In this document: piece by piece, positions 10,113 to 20,441 of the stretch
Layout of the letters: each line of letters opens with the position of its first letter
Numbering within the stretch: the first letter of the stretch is position 1
Assembly: GCA_019429365.1 (NCBI GenBank)
Contig: JAHYJD010000008.1
Coordinates: 948 to 64,947 of the forward strand
From: Bacteroidales bacterium
GTDB taxonomy: Bacteria > Bacteroidota > Bacteroidia > Bacteroidales > UBA7960
Length of the DNA stretch: 64,000 bases
Direction of reading: 5' to 3'
Position numbers and translations under genes: made by a program
The notes under the pieces: model-generated
Told to the model about the DNA's origin: nothing
The model's input: only the letters and a program-made list of their open reading frames with translations
Database searches by the model: none

Positions 10113-10113
10113 T

Positions 10114-11238
10114 TTATTTTGTTTTAATAAGCCCAAGGGCCTCGCCGGCAATTACGTTGGCTGCATCGCGAAACGATAATCCGACAAGCCGTTCCTTCAG
10201 CCTGAATTTCTTTTCTTCGTCCTTTATCAGGTCTATCACAACGGGTCCCAGCTTTTCAATGGCCTCATGGTCTTTTACAAGTAAGGCTGCGTGATGATTA
10301 ACAAGTGCCAGCGCATTTTTTGTCTGGTGGTCTTCGGCCACATTGGGCGAAGGGATAAGAATGGCTGGTTTTTGTACGGCACAAATTTCAGAAACTGCAA
10401 TGGCGCCTGCGCGGCTCACCACGGCGTCGGCTGCGGCATAGGCAAAATCCATGCGGTCAATAAACTGGTTCACATACACACCCTTTTCGTACCCTTTGGC
10501 CTGATCGAGGGCTTGCTGGTAGTAAGTGGTGCCCGTTTGCCAAATCAGTTGTATATCGTTTTGCACAAACAACGGAAGGTTTTTGCTGATGCTTTCGTTG
10601 ATGGTGCGGGCACCAAGGCTGCCACCGGTAACGAAAAGCACGGGCTTATCCGGCGTAAAGCCAAAGAACGCCATGGCTTGCTCGTATTTTCCTTCCAGGC
10701 TCACTATATCCTGTCTTACCGGATTTCCCGTAAGGAAAAGCTTTGATTTGTCGAAGAAGCGCTCCATGCCATCATAGGCCACACATATTTTGCTTGCTTT
10801 TTTGCCCAGTAACCTGTTGGTAAGGCCAGGAAAAGAATTCTGCTCCTGGATTAGGGTAGGAATGCCCTGTTTCGCTGCAGCCCTCACCAAAGGTCCGCTG
10901 GCATAACCACCCACGCCGATTACCACATCTGGTTTAAAGCGCTTAACAATGTTTCTGGCCCTGATCAAACTGTCGCAAAGCTTAAAGGGAACCTCCAGGT
11001 TTTTCCAGGTGAGCCTGCGCTGCAGACCAGAAATATTAAGCCCGATAATATGGAAACCTGCCGCAGGAACCTTTTTCATCTCCAAACGGCCCTTGGCCCC
11101 TACAAAAAGAATTTTGGCATTGTACACCTTCTTTTTTATGGCCAGGCCAATGGCAATAGCCGGGAACACGTGGCCCCCGGTTCCTCCGCCGGCAATGATT
11201 ACCCGCAGTACCTTAGCTTGTTGTAATTGCTCTTCCAT
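10114..11238 (-). CDS. murG: Undecaprenyl-PP-MurNAc-pentapeptide GlcNAc transferase
   Basis: GGGTGGHVFPA N-terminal motif and dcw context. Confidence 0.95.
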   Translation of the reverse strand: MEEQLQQAKVLRVIIAGGGTGGHVFPAIAIGLAIKKKVYNAKILFVGAKGRLEMKKVPAAGFHIIGLNISGLQRRLTWKNLEVPFKLCDSLIRARNIVKRFKPDVVIGVGGYASGPLVRAAAKQGIPTLIQEQNSFPGLTNRLLGKKASKICVAYDGMERFFDKSKLFLTGNPVRQDIVSLEGKYEQAMAFFGFTPDKPVLFVTGGSLGARTINESISKNLPLFVQNDIQLIWQTGTTYYQQALDQAKGYEKGVYVNQFIDRMDFAYAAADAVVSRAGAIAVSEICAVQKPAILIPSPNVAEDHQTKNALALVNHHAALLVKDHEAIEKLGPVVIDLIKDEEKKFRLKERLVGLSFRDAANVIAGEALGLIKTK

Positions 11239-12361
11239 TTAATTCGTCTTCTTCAACCTTTCGGCTAACACTTAAAATGATACCAATGGCCAGGCTCGAA
11301 AACCAAAGTGAGGTACCGCCCATGCTGATAAGTGGCAGGGGCTGCCCCGTTACCGGGAAAATATTTACGGCTACTGCCATATTAATCATGCCCTGAAATA
11401 CCAGGCTGAAACTCAAGCCTGCCACCAACAATGCCCCGAACGTGCCGGGGCTTTTCTTGGAGATTTTTATGGCGCGGTAAAATAAAATGAGATACAGCAG
11501 CAGCACAAAAAAACCTCCCACGAAGCCGTACTCTTCAATAATAATGGCATAAATAAAATCGGAGTAGGCGTGTGGCAGGAAATTACGCTGGGTGGAGTTG
11601 CCGGGCATTTTTCCGATGGCGCCACCTGAGGCAATGGCAATTTTGGCCTGCTGGGTTTGATAAGTATCGCCTGTATTGGTAACAAAGGTGGTCACGCGCT
11701 TGCCCCATACTGAAACCCTGCTTTCAGGCATTTTTGAAGCCACAAAAACAAATAGCAGCAGGCTTAGCAATCCGATACCGCCAAAAGCAGCCAGGTATTT
11801 AATGTTCACTCCGCCAATAAACATCAAAATGGCGCAGGTAACGAAAAGAATGGCAGCTGTAGACAGGTTGGCCGGAAGAATCAGCATCGTAATGATCAGC
11901 ACTGGCACCAGCACCGGCATAAAGGCTTCCTTAAAGTCTTTGATGGTTTCCTGTTTTTTTGTCAGCATCCTGGCAACATACATAATCAGAGCCAGCTTGG
12001 CAAAGTCGGAACTCTGAAAACTAATGTTTATAATGGGAAGGGTAAGCCAGCGGCTGGCTTCGTTTATGTTGGTTCCCCTTACCAGGGTGAGCAGCAGCAA
12101 GGGTGCCGCCACCCATAAGGCCAATTGAGAGATGCGCGAGTAATAGGTGTATTTAATGCGGCTTGCAAGCAACATGAGGCCCAGGCCAAGCAGCATAATA
12201 ATAAAGTGCTTGATGATATAGTACTCCGTGTTTCCCGAACGGTATTTGTAGGCCAGGGTTCCTGTGGAGCTGTAAACCGCCAGCAGTGAGAAAATAGACA
12301 GGAAAATCACCACCATCCAGATGGCCCTGTCGCCTTTAATTTTTTCCAGCACTTTATTCAT
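11213..12361 (-). CDS. ftsW: SEDS-family peptidoglycan polymerase / lipid II flippase FtsW
   Basis: Polytopic membrane protein with SEDS-like motifs (SDFAK, PLPLISMGGTS). Sits between murD and murG. Confidence 0.9.
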   Translation of the reverse strand: MNKVLEKIKGDRAIWMVVIFLSIFSLLAVYSSTGTLAYKYRSGNTEYYIIKHFIIMLLGLGLMLLASRIKYTYYSRISQLALWVAAPLLLLTLVRGTNINEASRWLTLPIINISFQSSDFAKLALIMYVARMLTKKQETIKDFKEAFMPVLVPVLIITMLILPANLSTAAILFVTCAILMFIGGVNIKYLAAFGGIGLLSLLLFVFVASKMPESRVSVWGKRVTTFVTNTGDTYQTQQAKIAIASGGAIGKMPGNSTQRNFLPHAYSDFIYAIIIEEYGFVGGFFVLLLYLILFYRAIKISKKSPGTFGALLVAGLSFSLVFQGMINMAVAVNIFPVTGQPLPLISMGGTSLWFSSLAIGIILSVSRKVEEDELNGRAITTS

Positions 12362-12373
12362 TACCCTAATTTT

Positions 12374-13714
12374 TTACAGATCATATACAGCCTGCTTGAA
12401 CTGCTTGCCACGGTCTTCGAAGTTTTCGAAAAGGTCGAAGCTTGCGCAAGCCGGCGAAAGAAGCACTACGTCGCCCGGCGCACCTGCCAGGTAGGCTGCC
12501 TTTACGGCATCGCGGGCAGTGCGGGTTTCGAAAATGGCCGGAACAATGGCTCCAAAAACTTCCTTTATACGGCTGTTATCCTTGCCCAGGCATACTATTG
12601 CCTTAACCTTTTTCTCTACCAACTCAAGCAGGCCGCTGTAGTCGTTGCCTTTGTCCTGTCCGCCCACTATCCAAATCACGGGTTTGTTCATTGACTCCAG
12701 GGCATACCAGGTGGAGTTGACGTTGGTGGCCTTGCTGTCGTTAATGAACTCAATGCCACGCACAAAGCCCAGGGGCTCCAGCCTGTGCTCCACATTCTGA
12801 AAGTCGCTCAGGCCTTCGCGTATAACCTCCTTGCGGATGTCGAGCAGGCGAGCAGCAATACCGCTTGCCATACTGTTGTAGATATTATGTCTTCCCTTCA
12901 GGCTCAGTTCAAGGATATCCATGTTGAATTCCTCAGTATTTAAGTTAATATTCAGTTTCCCATCATTACTGGTCCAGGCTCCTTCCTTCAGAGGGTGTGC
13001 TATGCTGAAAGGAATCAGCCGTGGTCCATTATTTTTTTGCACCATCTTCGTTTGCAGCACCGGGTCGTCAGCACAATAAATGCAGTACTGTTCGGGTGTC
13101 TGGTTTTGCATAATGCGAAGCTTTGATTCGGTGTATTTTTCAAAGCTGTGGTCGTACCGGTCGAGGTGATCTGGCGTTATATTGAGCAGCACGGAAATAT
13201 CGGCTCTGAATTCCAGCATTCCATCGAGTTGAAATGATGAAATTTCCAGCACATACACATCATGCTGCTGTTCTGCCACCTGCCATGCAAAACTGCTTCC
13301 CACATTGCCCGCTATCCCCACGTTCAGTCCGGCTTTTTTCATGATATGGCCGGTGAGCAGGGTAGTGGTGGTTTTTCCGTTGCTGCCGGTAATGCAAATG
13401 GTGCGTGCATTGGTATACCTGCCGGCAAACTCAATTTCTGAAACCACCGGAATGCCTTTGGCGCGAATAGCTTTCACCAAAGGCACCCTATCGGGTATAC
13501 CCGGGCTTTTCATCACCTCGTCAGCATTCAGGATGGTTAATTCTGAATGCCTTCCTTCTTCCCAGCTTATGTCATTATGTATAAGAGCGTCCTTGTAATG
13601 TTTTTTTATGGGCTGCAGGTCCGAAACAAATACCTCCCAGCCTTTTTTGCGGGCAAGAATGGCCGTTCCTGTTCCGCTTTCTCCTGCTCCCAGTATGACC
13701 AGCCGCCTGCCCAT
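12374..13714 (-). CDS. murD: UDP-N-acetylmuramoylalanine--D-glutamate ligase
   Basis: GAGESGTG Rossmann motif, GSNGKTTT P-loop and dcw position. Confidence 0.95.
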   Translation of the reverse strand: MGRRLVILGAGESGTGTAILARKKGWEVFVSDLQPIKKHYKDALIHNDISWEEGRHSELTILNADEVMKSPGIPDRVPLVKAIRAKGIPVVSEIEFAGRYTNARTICITGSNGKTTTTLLTGHIMKKAGLNVGIAGNVGSSFAWQVAEQQHDVYVLEISSFQLDGMLEFRADISVLLNITPDHLDRYDHSFEKYTESKLRIMQNQTPEQYCIYCADDPVLQTKMVQKNNGPRLIPFSIAHPLKEGAWTSNDGKLNINLNTEEFNMDILELSLKGRHNIYNSMASGIAARLLDIRKEVIREGLSDFQNVEHRLEPLGFVRGIEFINDSKATNVNSTWYALESMNKPVIWIVGGQDKGNDYSGLLELVEKKVKAIVCLGKDNSRIKEVFGAIVPAIFETRTARDAVKAAYLAGAPGDVVLLSPACASFDLFENFEDRGKQFKQAVYDL

Positions 13715-13719
13715 GTTTG

Positions 13720-14976
13720 CTACCTCAGTTTGAGGGTAATCACACTGAACACCGCCAGTATGATGCCCACAATTAAAAATCGCTGCACAATCTTGGCCTC
13801 ATGGTAACCCATTAACTGGTAGTGGTGGTGCAGGGGGGCCATTTTGAAAATACGCCTTCCTTCGCCAAAGCGCCTTTTGGTATATTTGAACCAGCTTACC
13901 TGCATTACTACCGATAGGTTTTCCATGAAAAACACACCGCAAAGCACCGGAATGAGCAACTCTTTGCGAATTACAATGGCAAACACCGCGATAATTCCAC
14001 CGAGAGCCAGGCTGCCGGTATCGCCCATAAAGACCTGGGCCGGGTAGGTGTTATACCACAAAAAGCCAATGCAGGCCCCAACAAAGGCGGCAATGAAGAT
14101 TACCAGTTCGCCCGTCATGGGTATGTACATAATGTTGAGGTAGTTGGCAAAAACGGTGTTGCCCGAAACATATGCCAGTACCCCAAGGGTTACCCCGATA
14201 ATAGCCGAGGTGCCTGTGGCCAGCCCATCGAGTCCGTCGGTGATATTGGCACCGTTTGAGACGGCTGTAATAATGAGGATGACAATGGGGATAAATATAA
14301 GAAAGGCCCATTTTGTGTAACCCTCGCCCAGAAACCTGAGCAGCACGGCATAATCAAATTCGTTGTTCTTGAAAAAGGGAATAGTCGTCTTGGTCGATTT
14401 TACTGATTCCCTTGAGAACGTTGCCGCCGGGCTTGCCGCATCGTCAATGACCAGTATTTCGCTGGTGGTTTCAAAAGCCAGATTTTCCTGGCCTTTTTCG
14501 CGTATTACCACCGAATCGTTAAAATACAGGGTAACGCCAACAATGATGCCCAGGGTGATCTGCCCAAGGATCTTGAACTTTCCGTGCAGGCCTTTTTTAT
14601 CTTTTTTAAAAACTTTGATATAATCGTCAATAAAGCCGATGATCCCCAGCCAGATGGTCGAAACCAGCATCAGGATAATATAAATATTGTCGATTCTGGC
14701 AAACAGCAGGGTAGGAATTACAATGGCGGCTATTATTATTATTCCTCCCATGGTTGGCGTTCCCTGCTTTTTCATTTGCCCCTCCAGTCCGAGGTTTCTC
14801 ACCTCTTCGCCCACCTGCTTTTTCTGCAGGAGGCGGATAATGCGACGGCCCGAGATCATGGTGATAAAGAGTGAAAAGATCACCGCCATGCCTGCCCTGA
14901 ACGAGATATACTGAAACACCCCCGTGCCGGGAATGTCAAAGGCTTTATCAAGGTATTCGAACAAGTAATACAGCAT
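13720..14976 (-). CDS. mraY: Phospho-N-acetylmuramoyl-pentapeptide transferase
   Basis: Polytopic protein with [12 protein letters not shown] and [12 protein letters not shown] motifs. Confidence 0.95.
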   Translation of the reverse strand: MLYYLFEYLDKAFDIPGTGVFQYISFRAGMAVIFSLFITMISGRRIIRLLQKKQVGEEVRNLGLEGQMKKQGTPTMGGIIIIAAIVIPTLLFARIDNIYIILMLVSTIWLGIIGFIDDYIKVFKKDKKGLHGKFKILGQITLGIIVGVTLYFNDSVVIREKGQENLAFETTSEILVIDDAASPAATFSRESVKSTKTTIPFFKNNEFDYAVLLRFLGEGYTKWAFLIFIPIVILIITAVSNGANITDGLDGLATGTSAIIGVTLGVLAYVSGNTVFANYLNIMYIPMTGELVIFIAAFVGACIGFLWYNTYPAQVFMGDTGSLALGGIIAVFAIVIRKELLIPVLCGVFFMENLSVVMQVSWFKYTKRRFGEGRRIFKMAPLHHHYQLMGYHEAKIVQRFLIVGIILAVFSVITLKLR

Positions 14977-15004
14977 CTTTTGGCTTTTTTAATTTTTCAG
15001 TTTT

Positions 15005-16456
15005 TCAGGCCAGGTATTCCAGTAAAATTTCTTTGTCGTCAAAGGGGTGTTTCATCCCCTTGATCTCCTGGTATTTTTCATGCCCTTTTCCTGCCACCAG
15101 AATAATGTCGCCCGGGTTAGCCATGGCACATGCGGCATTAATGGCTTCGCGGCGGTTAAGCACGGTTATGGTGATGCGGTTGCTCACCGGGTCGAGTCCG
15201 GATTTCATATCTTCAATAATTTTTTCCGGATCCTCAAAGCGTGGGTTGTCGCTGGTGAGTATCAATTTGTTGCTCAGCCTGGCGGCAATGGCAGCCATGG
15301 CGGGTCTTTTGGCGGCGTCGCGATTTCCTCCGCAGCCCACCACGGTGATGAGCTTTTCCGTTCCGGTACGCAAGCTTCCAATGGTGTTAAGCACATTTTC
15401 AAGGGCATCAGGGGTGTGGGCGTAATCTACAATACCAATAATATTATCCCTTCCGGTGAAAAAGTCGAAGCGGCCTTCCGCAGGTCGGCAAGAGCTCAGA
15501 GGTGCAAGCACTTCATCGGGCTCTTGTCCCAGCATACGGGCCGCTGCATATACTGCCAGCAGGTTGTAGGCATTAAAATCGCCCACCAGTTTGCACCACA
15601 CCTCCCGGCCTTCAATCAGCAACTGCTGGCCCGCAAAGCCATTTTCGAGCACCTTGCCTTTAAAGTCGGCAATGGTGCGAAGGCTGTAAGTCTTTTTGCC
15701 GGCGCGGGTGTTTTGAAGCATTACCCAGCCGTTCTTGTCATCGATATTGGTAATGGCAAAAGCCTTGGCATCGAGCTGGTCGAAGAAGGTTTTTTTGGCT
15801 TTAAGGTATTCACTGAAGGTTTTGTGAAAATCCAAATGGTCGTGTGTGAGATTGGTGAAAATGCCACCAACAAAATGAATTCCGGCAATACGCTGTTGGG
15901 CTACAGCGTGTGAGCTCACTTCCATAAAGGCAAACTCACAACCTGCCTCCACCATTTGGCTGAGCAGTTCGTTGAGTTGCACCGGGTCGGGGGTGGTGTA
16001 ATTAGCCGGAATCTCAGTCTGCCCAATCAGGTTGCGAACCGTAGAGATCATTCCACAAACATATCCTAACTGGGTAAACAATTCATGAAGCAGGGTAACC
16101 ACCGTAGTCTTGCCATTGGTTCCTGTTACTCCAACAAGCCTAATCTTTTCGGAAGGATTGCCAAAAAAGTTCGAAGCAATAATTCCCAGCGCCTGGGCCG
16201 AATCTTTTACCCTTATAATTGTGGCCTTTTCGCTGATTTTCTCGGGTATCTCCTGGCAAACGATGGCCGTAGCACCACTTTCGATGGCTTTATCAATATA
16301 CAGATGCCCATCGGTGGTGAGACCTTTTACCGCAACAAACAAAGTTCCGGGCTTAACCTTACGCGAGTCGAAATCCACAGCAAGCACTTCCCTGTCAAGC
16401 ACCCCATGGGTTTCGAGCAGTTCGGCCTTATATAATATGTCGCGTAGGTTTCTCAC
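15005..16456 (-). CDS. murE: UDP-MurNAc-L-Ala-D-Glu--2,6-diaminopimelate ligase
   Basis: GTNGKTT P-loop, the DNPR motif (TSDNPRFEDP) characteristic of the meso-DAP type, and a GTG start. Confidence 0.93.
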   Translation of the reverse strand: MRNLRDILYKAELLETHGVLDREVLAVDFDSRKVKPGTLFVAVKGLTTDGHLYIDKAIESGATAIVCQEIPEKISEKATIIRVKDSAQALGIIASNFFGNPSEKIRLVGVTGTNGKTTVVTLLHELFTQLGYVCGMISTVRNLIGQTEIPANYTTPDPVQLNELLSQMVEAGCEFAFMEVSSHAVAQQRIAGIHFVGGIFTNLTHDHLDFHKTFSEYLKAKKTFFDQLDAKAFAITNIDDKNGWVMLQNTRAGKKTYSLRTIADFKGKVLENGFAGQQLLIEGREVWCKLVGDFNAYNLLAVYAAARMLGQEPDEVLAPLSSCRPAEGRFDFFTGRDNIIGIVDYAHTPDALENVLNTIGSLRTGTEKLITVVGCGGNRDAAKRPAMAAIAARLSNKLILTSDNPRFEDPEKIIEDMKSGLDPVSNRITITVLNRREAINAACAMANPGDIILVAGKGHEKYQEIKGMKHPFDDKEILLEYLA

Positions 16457-16465
16457 TATGAAAAA

Positions 16466-18565
16466 TTAGTTCAGTTCAACGTAAATCTGGTTGCCCGGGT
16501 TAAACCTTATTCCGGGTTGCAGGCTTTGCCGCCTAACGGTGCCGCGTCCGCTAAAACGCACCCTAAGTCCGGCATTTTCCAGCACGAAGAGGGCATCTTT
16601 GAGGCTCATGCCAACAACGTCGGGAACCAGGTTGTCAATGAAGTTCTTTTCCCAAAAACTCACCGTGTCGTTTTTGGCAATGGTGGTGGCCCAGGTGCTC
16701 TGGATATTGTCGATAAGCTTGCAGTCGAAGGCAGAATAAATAGTGCGTAAATCTTCGGCGTTGCCATTGCGGAACGATGGCAAAGAGGCCAGCAGGTTTT
16801 CGTAACCTGGCTGTGGGTAATTCAACTGGGTAGCAAAAATTTTGTCGGAAATTTCTTTAAAAACAGGTGCTGCCAGCTGCCCGCCACTGTATAAAAGTCC
16901 CCTGGGGTTGTGTATAACCACAATGATGCTGTAAGCAGGATTGTCGGCGGGGAAGTAACCTACAAACGATGAGCGGTAGGACGTGCGGCCGTGCACGTTG
17001 CGATATCCCTGGCTGGTGTTGGCCACCTGGGCGGTACCTGTTTTTCCGGCAATTGGGTAGAGGGGGCTGTAAATATTCTTGGCAGTGCCGTTTTCGACCA
17101 CACCAATGAGCATCTCCCGGATTAATTCGAGTGTTGAGTTGCTGGCAATGCTGCGGTTAATTACCTGTGGCTGGAATCGCCTGATGGTTTTTCCGGTTTG
17201 CCTAATTTCTTCCACAAACATGGGCTTCATCATGCGGCCATTGTTGGCCACTGCATTGTAAAAAGCGAGCGTTTGAAGGGGGGTGAGCGCTACGCCGTAG
17301 CCTATCGACATCCACGGAAGTGAGACACCCGACCAGGATGGGCTCTTCGGATCGCTGATAAAAGGCTGTCCCTCGCCGGTGATCTCCAGGCCCAGCGGCT
17401 TGTCAAGGCCCATGGACTTCAGCCTGTCAACAAAATGCTGTGGTTTGTCCTTGTAAGCCTTGACTACGAGTTGCGAAATTCCCACGTTAGACGAAACTTC
17501 GAATGCATGCCTGGCAGTGATGCTTCCATAACCGCCCTCCTTAGCATCGCGCATCACGCGGTCGGCATAAGCAAGCGTTCCGTTGCCGGTATGTACCATT
17601 TCTTCGGGTTTCACTTTGCCGTCTTCCAGCAGCGAAATCATGCTGGCCAGTTTGAAAGTGGACCCTGGCTCGGTACTCTCGCCCACGGCGTAGTTGAAAG
17701 TTTCTTCGTAGTTGCCCGCTGGCCGGCGGGTGAGGTTGGATATGGCCTTTATCTTTCCGGTGGAAACCTCCATGACCACGGCGGTTCCAAACTCTGCTTC
17801 GGCACGGGTTAGCTGCCTCAGCAGGGCATTTTCAACAATATCCTGTATGTTTATATTTATAGTGGTGATAAGGTCTTTGCCGTTTTCAGGCTGTATCTCA
17901 TTCTCGTCGTTAATGGGCACCCAGTTTCCTCCTGATACTCGCTGCATCAGCCGCTTGCCCTGAATTCCTTCGAGTTCACTTCGGTAAGCGCCCTCCAGAC
18001 CCACATAAACACCTTCGCGTTCGTAGCCAATGGTGCGCTGTGCCATGGTGCGGTAGGGCATTTCGCGCCGTGCCCGTTCAATAGGGATAAAGCCTCCCCG
18101 GAATTTTCCCAGCCTGAAGATTGGAAAGTTTCGCAATTCCTGCAACTGATGGTAAGAAACATTGCGCTTCACCAGAAAATACCGGTCCTGGTTGCTGCGG
18201 GCATTGGTCAGTTCGGAAAAATACCTGGCTTTCGACCTGTCGCCAAATAGTTGTGAAAGCATCAAGGCCAGCGAATCGACACCCTGCCTGAATATCTTAT
18301 CATCAATAACATCTTTGCTAAGGTCCATTCTGATTTCGTAAATGGGCACACTGGTTGCCAGCAAGCGGCCGTCCTCGGCGCATATGTCGCCTCTTATGGC
18401 ATCGATGTTTTCGTAACGGATGGTCGAGGCCTTGGCCATCTCGCGCCATTTGTCACCTTCAACAGTTTGGATATAAATCACCTTTACCAGTATGGCTAAT
18501 CCCAGCAATACCATGGAAAAATATACCAGGTAAAGGCGTCGCATTATGTTCTTCTTCTCGTCCAT
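16466..18565 (-). CDS. ftsI: Penicillin-binding protein 3 / FtsI transpeptidase with C-terminal PASTA domain
   Basis: STFK (GSTFKLAS), SSN and KTGT motifs. C-terminal VPDVVGMSLKDALFVLENAGLRV...GTVRRQSLQPG looks like PASTA. Confidence 0.93.
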   Translation of the reverse strand: MDEKKNIMRRLYLVYFSMVLLGLAILVKVIYIQTVEGDKWREMAKASTIRYENIDAIRGDICAEDGRLLATSVPIYEIRMDLSKDVIDDKIFRQGVDSLALMLSQLFGDRSKARYFSELTNARSNQDRYFLVKRNVSYHQLQELRNFPIFRLGKFRGGFIPIERARREMPYRTMAQRTIGYEREGVYVGLEGAYRSELEGIQGKRLMQRVSGGNWVPINDENEIQPENGKDLITTININIQDIVENALLRQLTRAEAEFGTAVVMEVSTGKIKAISNLTRRPAGNYEETFNYAVGESTEPGSTFKLASMISLLEDGKVKPEEMVHTGNGTLAYADRVMRDAKEGGYGSITARHAFEVSSNVGISQLVVKAYKDKPQHFVDRLKSMGLDKPLGLEITGEGQPFISDPKSPSWSGVSLPWMSIGYGVALTPLQTLAFYNAVANNGRMMKPMFVEEIRQTGKTIRRFQPQVINRSIASNSTLELIREMLIGVVENGTAKNIYSPLYPIAGKTGTAQVANTSQGYRNVHGRTSYRSSFVGYFPADNPAYSIIVVIHNPRGLLYSGGQLAAPVFKEISDKIFATQLNYPQPGYENLLASLPSFRNGNAEDLRTIYSAFDCKLIDNIQSTWATTIAKNDTVSFWEKNFIDNLVPDVVGMSLKDALFVLENAGLRVRFSGRGTVRRQSLQPGIRFNPGNQIYVELN

Positions 18566-18589
18566 TGCTTGTTTGCCTGCCGTAATTTG

Positions 18590-19006
18590 CTAGTTCAACA
18601 ACCTTCTCAAAATACTTGCATTAGTTCTCTGATCCGAAATTTGTCTTGGTGGTACCGTGGATTCAACAAAACCCCTGCTTTGCAACCTGCGCGCAATTTC
18701 CGACTGGTTACTCAGGTACATCAACTCCGACTTGGTGAGGGTGTGCCGTGTTCGAAGTTCTACGATCTCTTTGCGCAGAGCTTCTACCTCACGAGCCTGT
18801 TTTTCAGCGTAATAGGTGTTTGAAATGAAGAAAAGAGCCAGACCGGCCAGGAAAAAGAAAAAAGGCAATAAAGCTGCCACCTTATCGCGGGTGAGCATGG
18901 TACCATCGAGCAACGACTGGATGAAACGCGAAACAGCTCCCTTTTTGGTTGCTGTTTTTTCTTTCTTTCTCTTTTTGAAACTGTTTTCCCCCATTGGTTT
19001 CTCCAA
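18590..19006 (-). CDS. ftsL: FtsL-like cell division protein (Bacteroidetes type)
   Basis: Basic N-terminus, a single TM segment and a coiled coil (REVEALRKEIVELR). Sits between rsmH and ftsI. The track start is TTG; an in-frame ATG lies at 18994. Confidence 0.75.
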   Translation of the reverse strand: MEKPMGENSFKKRKKEKTATKKGAVSRFIQSLLDGTMLTRDKVAALLPFFFFLAGLALFFISNTYYAEKQAREVEALRKEIVELRTRHTLTKSELMYLSNQSEIARRLQSRGFVESTVPPRQISDQRTNASILRRLLN

Positions 19007-19012
19007 ATATTT

Positions 19013-19912
19013 TTATTCTCTTTTTTCAGCTATCCTTAGCCTTGCGCTGCGTGCCCTGTTGTTGCGGTCAATTTCTTCCTGTTCGGGCATGATGGTTTTG
19101 CCAACAGGTACCATGGGTGTGAGCGGATTGCCGTAGAAGTCCTTCTCCATTTCTCCCCTGAAATTGCCCGATTTCATAAAGTGCTTTACCAGGCGGTCTT
19201 CGAGCGAGTGGTAGGATATGACGACGAGCCTTCCCCTGGGTTTGAGCACCTCGACACTTTGCTCCAGGAATTCCTTCAGGGCATCCAGCTCTTGATTAAC
19301 TTCAATTCGCAGGGCTTGAAAAACCTGCGCAAAAAACTTGTTTTCCTTTCCCCTGGGCGCCAGCCTGGTAAGCAGGGCTGTGAGCTGGGTGGTGGTGTCG
19401 ATGGCCTCTGTTTTTCGCTGCTTGTCAATGACTCCTGCAATCTTGTAGGCATTACGCAGCTCTCCGTAAAGGAAAAACAGGTCGGCCAGTTTCTCAGTGG
19501 GATATTCATTAACCACATCCCTTGCGGTAAGCCCAGCATCCATATTCATTCGCATGTCGAGCGGCCCCTCGAAGCGGGTCGAAAAACCCCTTTGGGCCTG
19601 GTCGAACTGGTAGGAAGAAACGCCGAGGTCTGCCAGAATGCCATCTACAGGCAGTTGCCCGTAAAGTTTCAGAAAGTTCCTCATGTACCTGAAGTTCTGA
19701 TTCAGGAAAAGGATTCGCTCATCGTCGGGAACATTGGCAGCCGCATCCTTGTCCTGATCAAAGGCAATAAGTTTTCCTTGGGGAAGCTTTTCGAGGATAA
19801 TTGCCGAATGTCCGCCACCGCCAAAGGTGGCGTCTACGTAACGACCGCCAGGGCTGATGTTAAGGCCTTCAACGGCGGCTTCTGCCAGTACCGGGTCATG
19901 ATATACTTTCAT
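19013..19912 (-). CDS. rsmH: 16S rRNA (cytosine1402-N4)-methyltransferase
   Basis: YHDPVL start, DATFGGGGHS SAM-binding motif, DLGVSS, and position after mraZ. Confidence 0.95.
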   Translation of the reverse strand: MKVYHDPVLAEAAVEGLNISPGGRYVDATFGGGGHSAIILEKLPQGKLIAFDQDKDAAANVPDDERILFLNQNFRYMRNFLKLYGQLPVDGILADLGVSSYQFDQAQRGFSTRFEGPLDMRMNMDAGLTARDVVNEYPTEKLADLFFLYGELRNAYKIAGVIDKQRKTEAIDTTTQLTALLTRLAPRGKENKFFAQVFQALRIEVNQELDALKEFLEQSVEVLKPRGRLVVISYHSLEDRLVKHFMKSGNFRGEMEKDFYGNPLTPMVPVGKTIMPEQEEIDRNNRARSARLRIAEKRE

Positions 19913-20372
19913 CTCCGGATTGGTTTTTTATTTTGCCCATTACATCCTCTGCAAGAGAGGAGAAGTCTTCCGGTTCATTGTTCATCATCGACTCATACAC
20001 ATCCTTAGCCCAGATCTCAACCCTTTGTCCGTAAGCAAAAAGAACAATTTCCTTATCAATACCTGCGTAATCAAGCAAAGTTTTAGGCAGGAGTAATCGA
20101 CTGGCTGCATCAAGGGTAATTTCGGAGGCACCCCTGAAAAAGTACCGCACAAACTCGCGGTTCTTCTTGTTATAAAGGTTCAGCGAGTTTACCTCCCGCG
20201 AAATCTTTTGCCATTCGCTCTCCGGGTAAAGCGTAAGGTTCTTTTCAAAACCACGGTTAATGACAAAACGCTCCTGGTCACCTTCCGATAATTGCTTTTT
20301 CAAGCCGGAGGGCAACATGAAGCGGCCTTTGGAGTCGACCTTACAATCAAATTCTCCAAGTAGATAGGTCAT
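19896..20372 (-). CDS. mraZ: Transcriptional regulator MraZ
   Basis: Duplicated SpoVT/AbrB-like halves (DSKGRFMLPS... and DAASRLLLPK...). The ATG at 20372 gives 158 aa. The track's TTG at 20411 abuts the repeat boxes. Confidence 0.92.
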   Translation of the reverse strand: MTYLLGEFDCKVDSKGRFMLPSGLKKQLSEGDQERFVINRGFEKNLTLYPESEWQKISREVNSLNLYNKKNREFVRYFFRGASEITLDAASRLLLPKTLLDYAGIDKEIVLFAYGQRVEIWAKDVYESMMNNEPEDFSSLAEDVMGKIKNQSGDESIS

Positions 20373-20411
20373 TTTCCCACGTGTTGGTTTTGGATTGTAA
20401 ATATAAAGCAA

Positions 20412-20441
20412 TTTTTACCACTTTTTACCACTTTTTACCAC
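20412..20441 (-). promoter_or_regulatory. Three perfect 10-bp direct repeats (GTGGTAAAAA on the mraZ strand): candidate MraZ operator
   Basis: TTTTTACCAC x3 on plus at 20412-21, 20422-31 and 20432-41, which is 40-69 nt upstream of the mraZ ATG. The GTGG core with 10-bp phasing resembles the MraZ-box arrangement described for E. coli and Mollicutes. Confidence 0.6.

Noticed and set aside
19181-20008. 275-aa plus-strand ORF
   Set aside because: It is antisense to rsmH and the 3' end of mraZ, and I recognised no motifs.
5055-20372. Absence of murF and ddl from the dcw cluster as a possible deletion
   Set aside because: From memory, Bacteroidota dcw clusters normally lack murF and ddl at this position. 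Gene junctions are tight or overlapping, with no scar.
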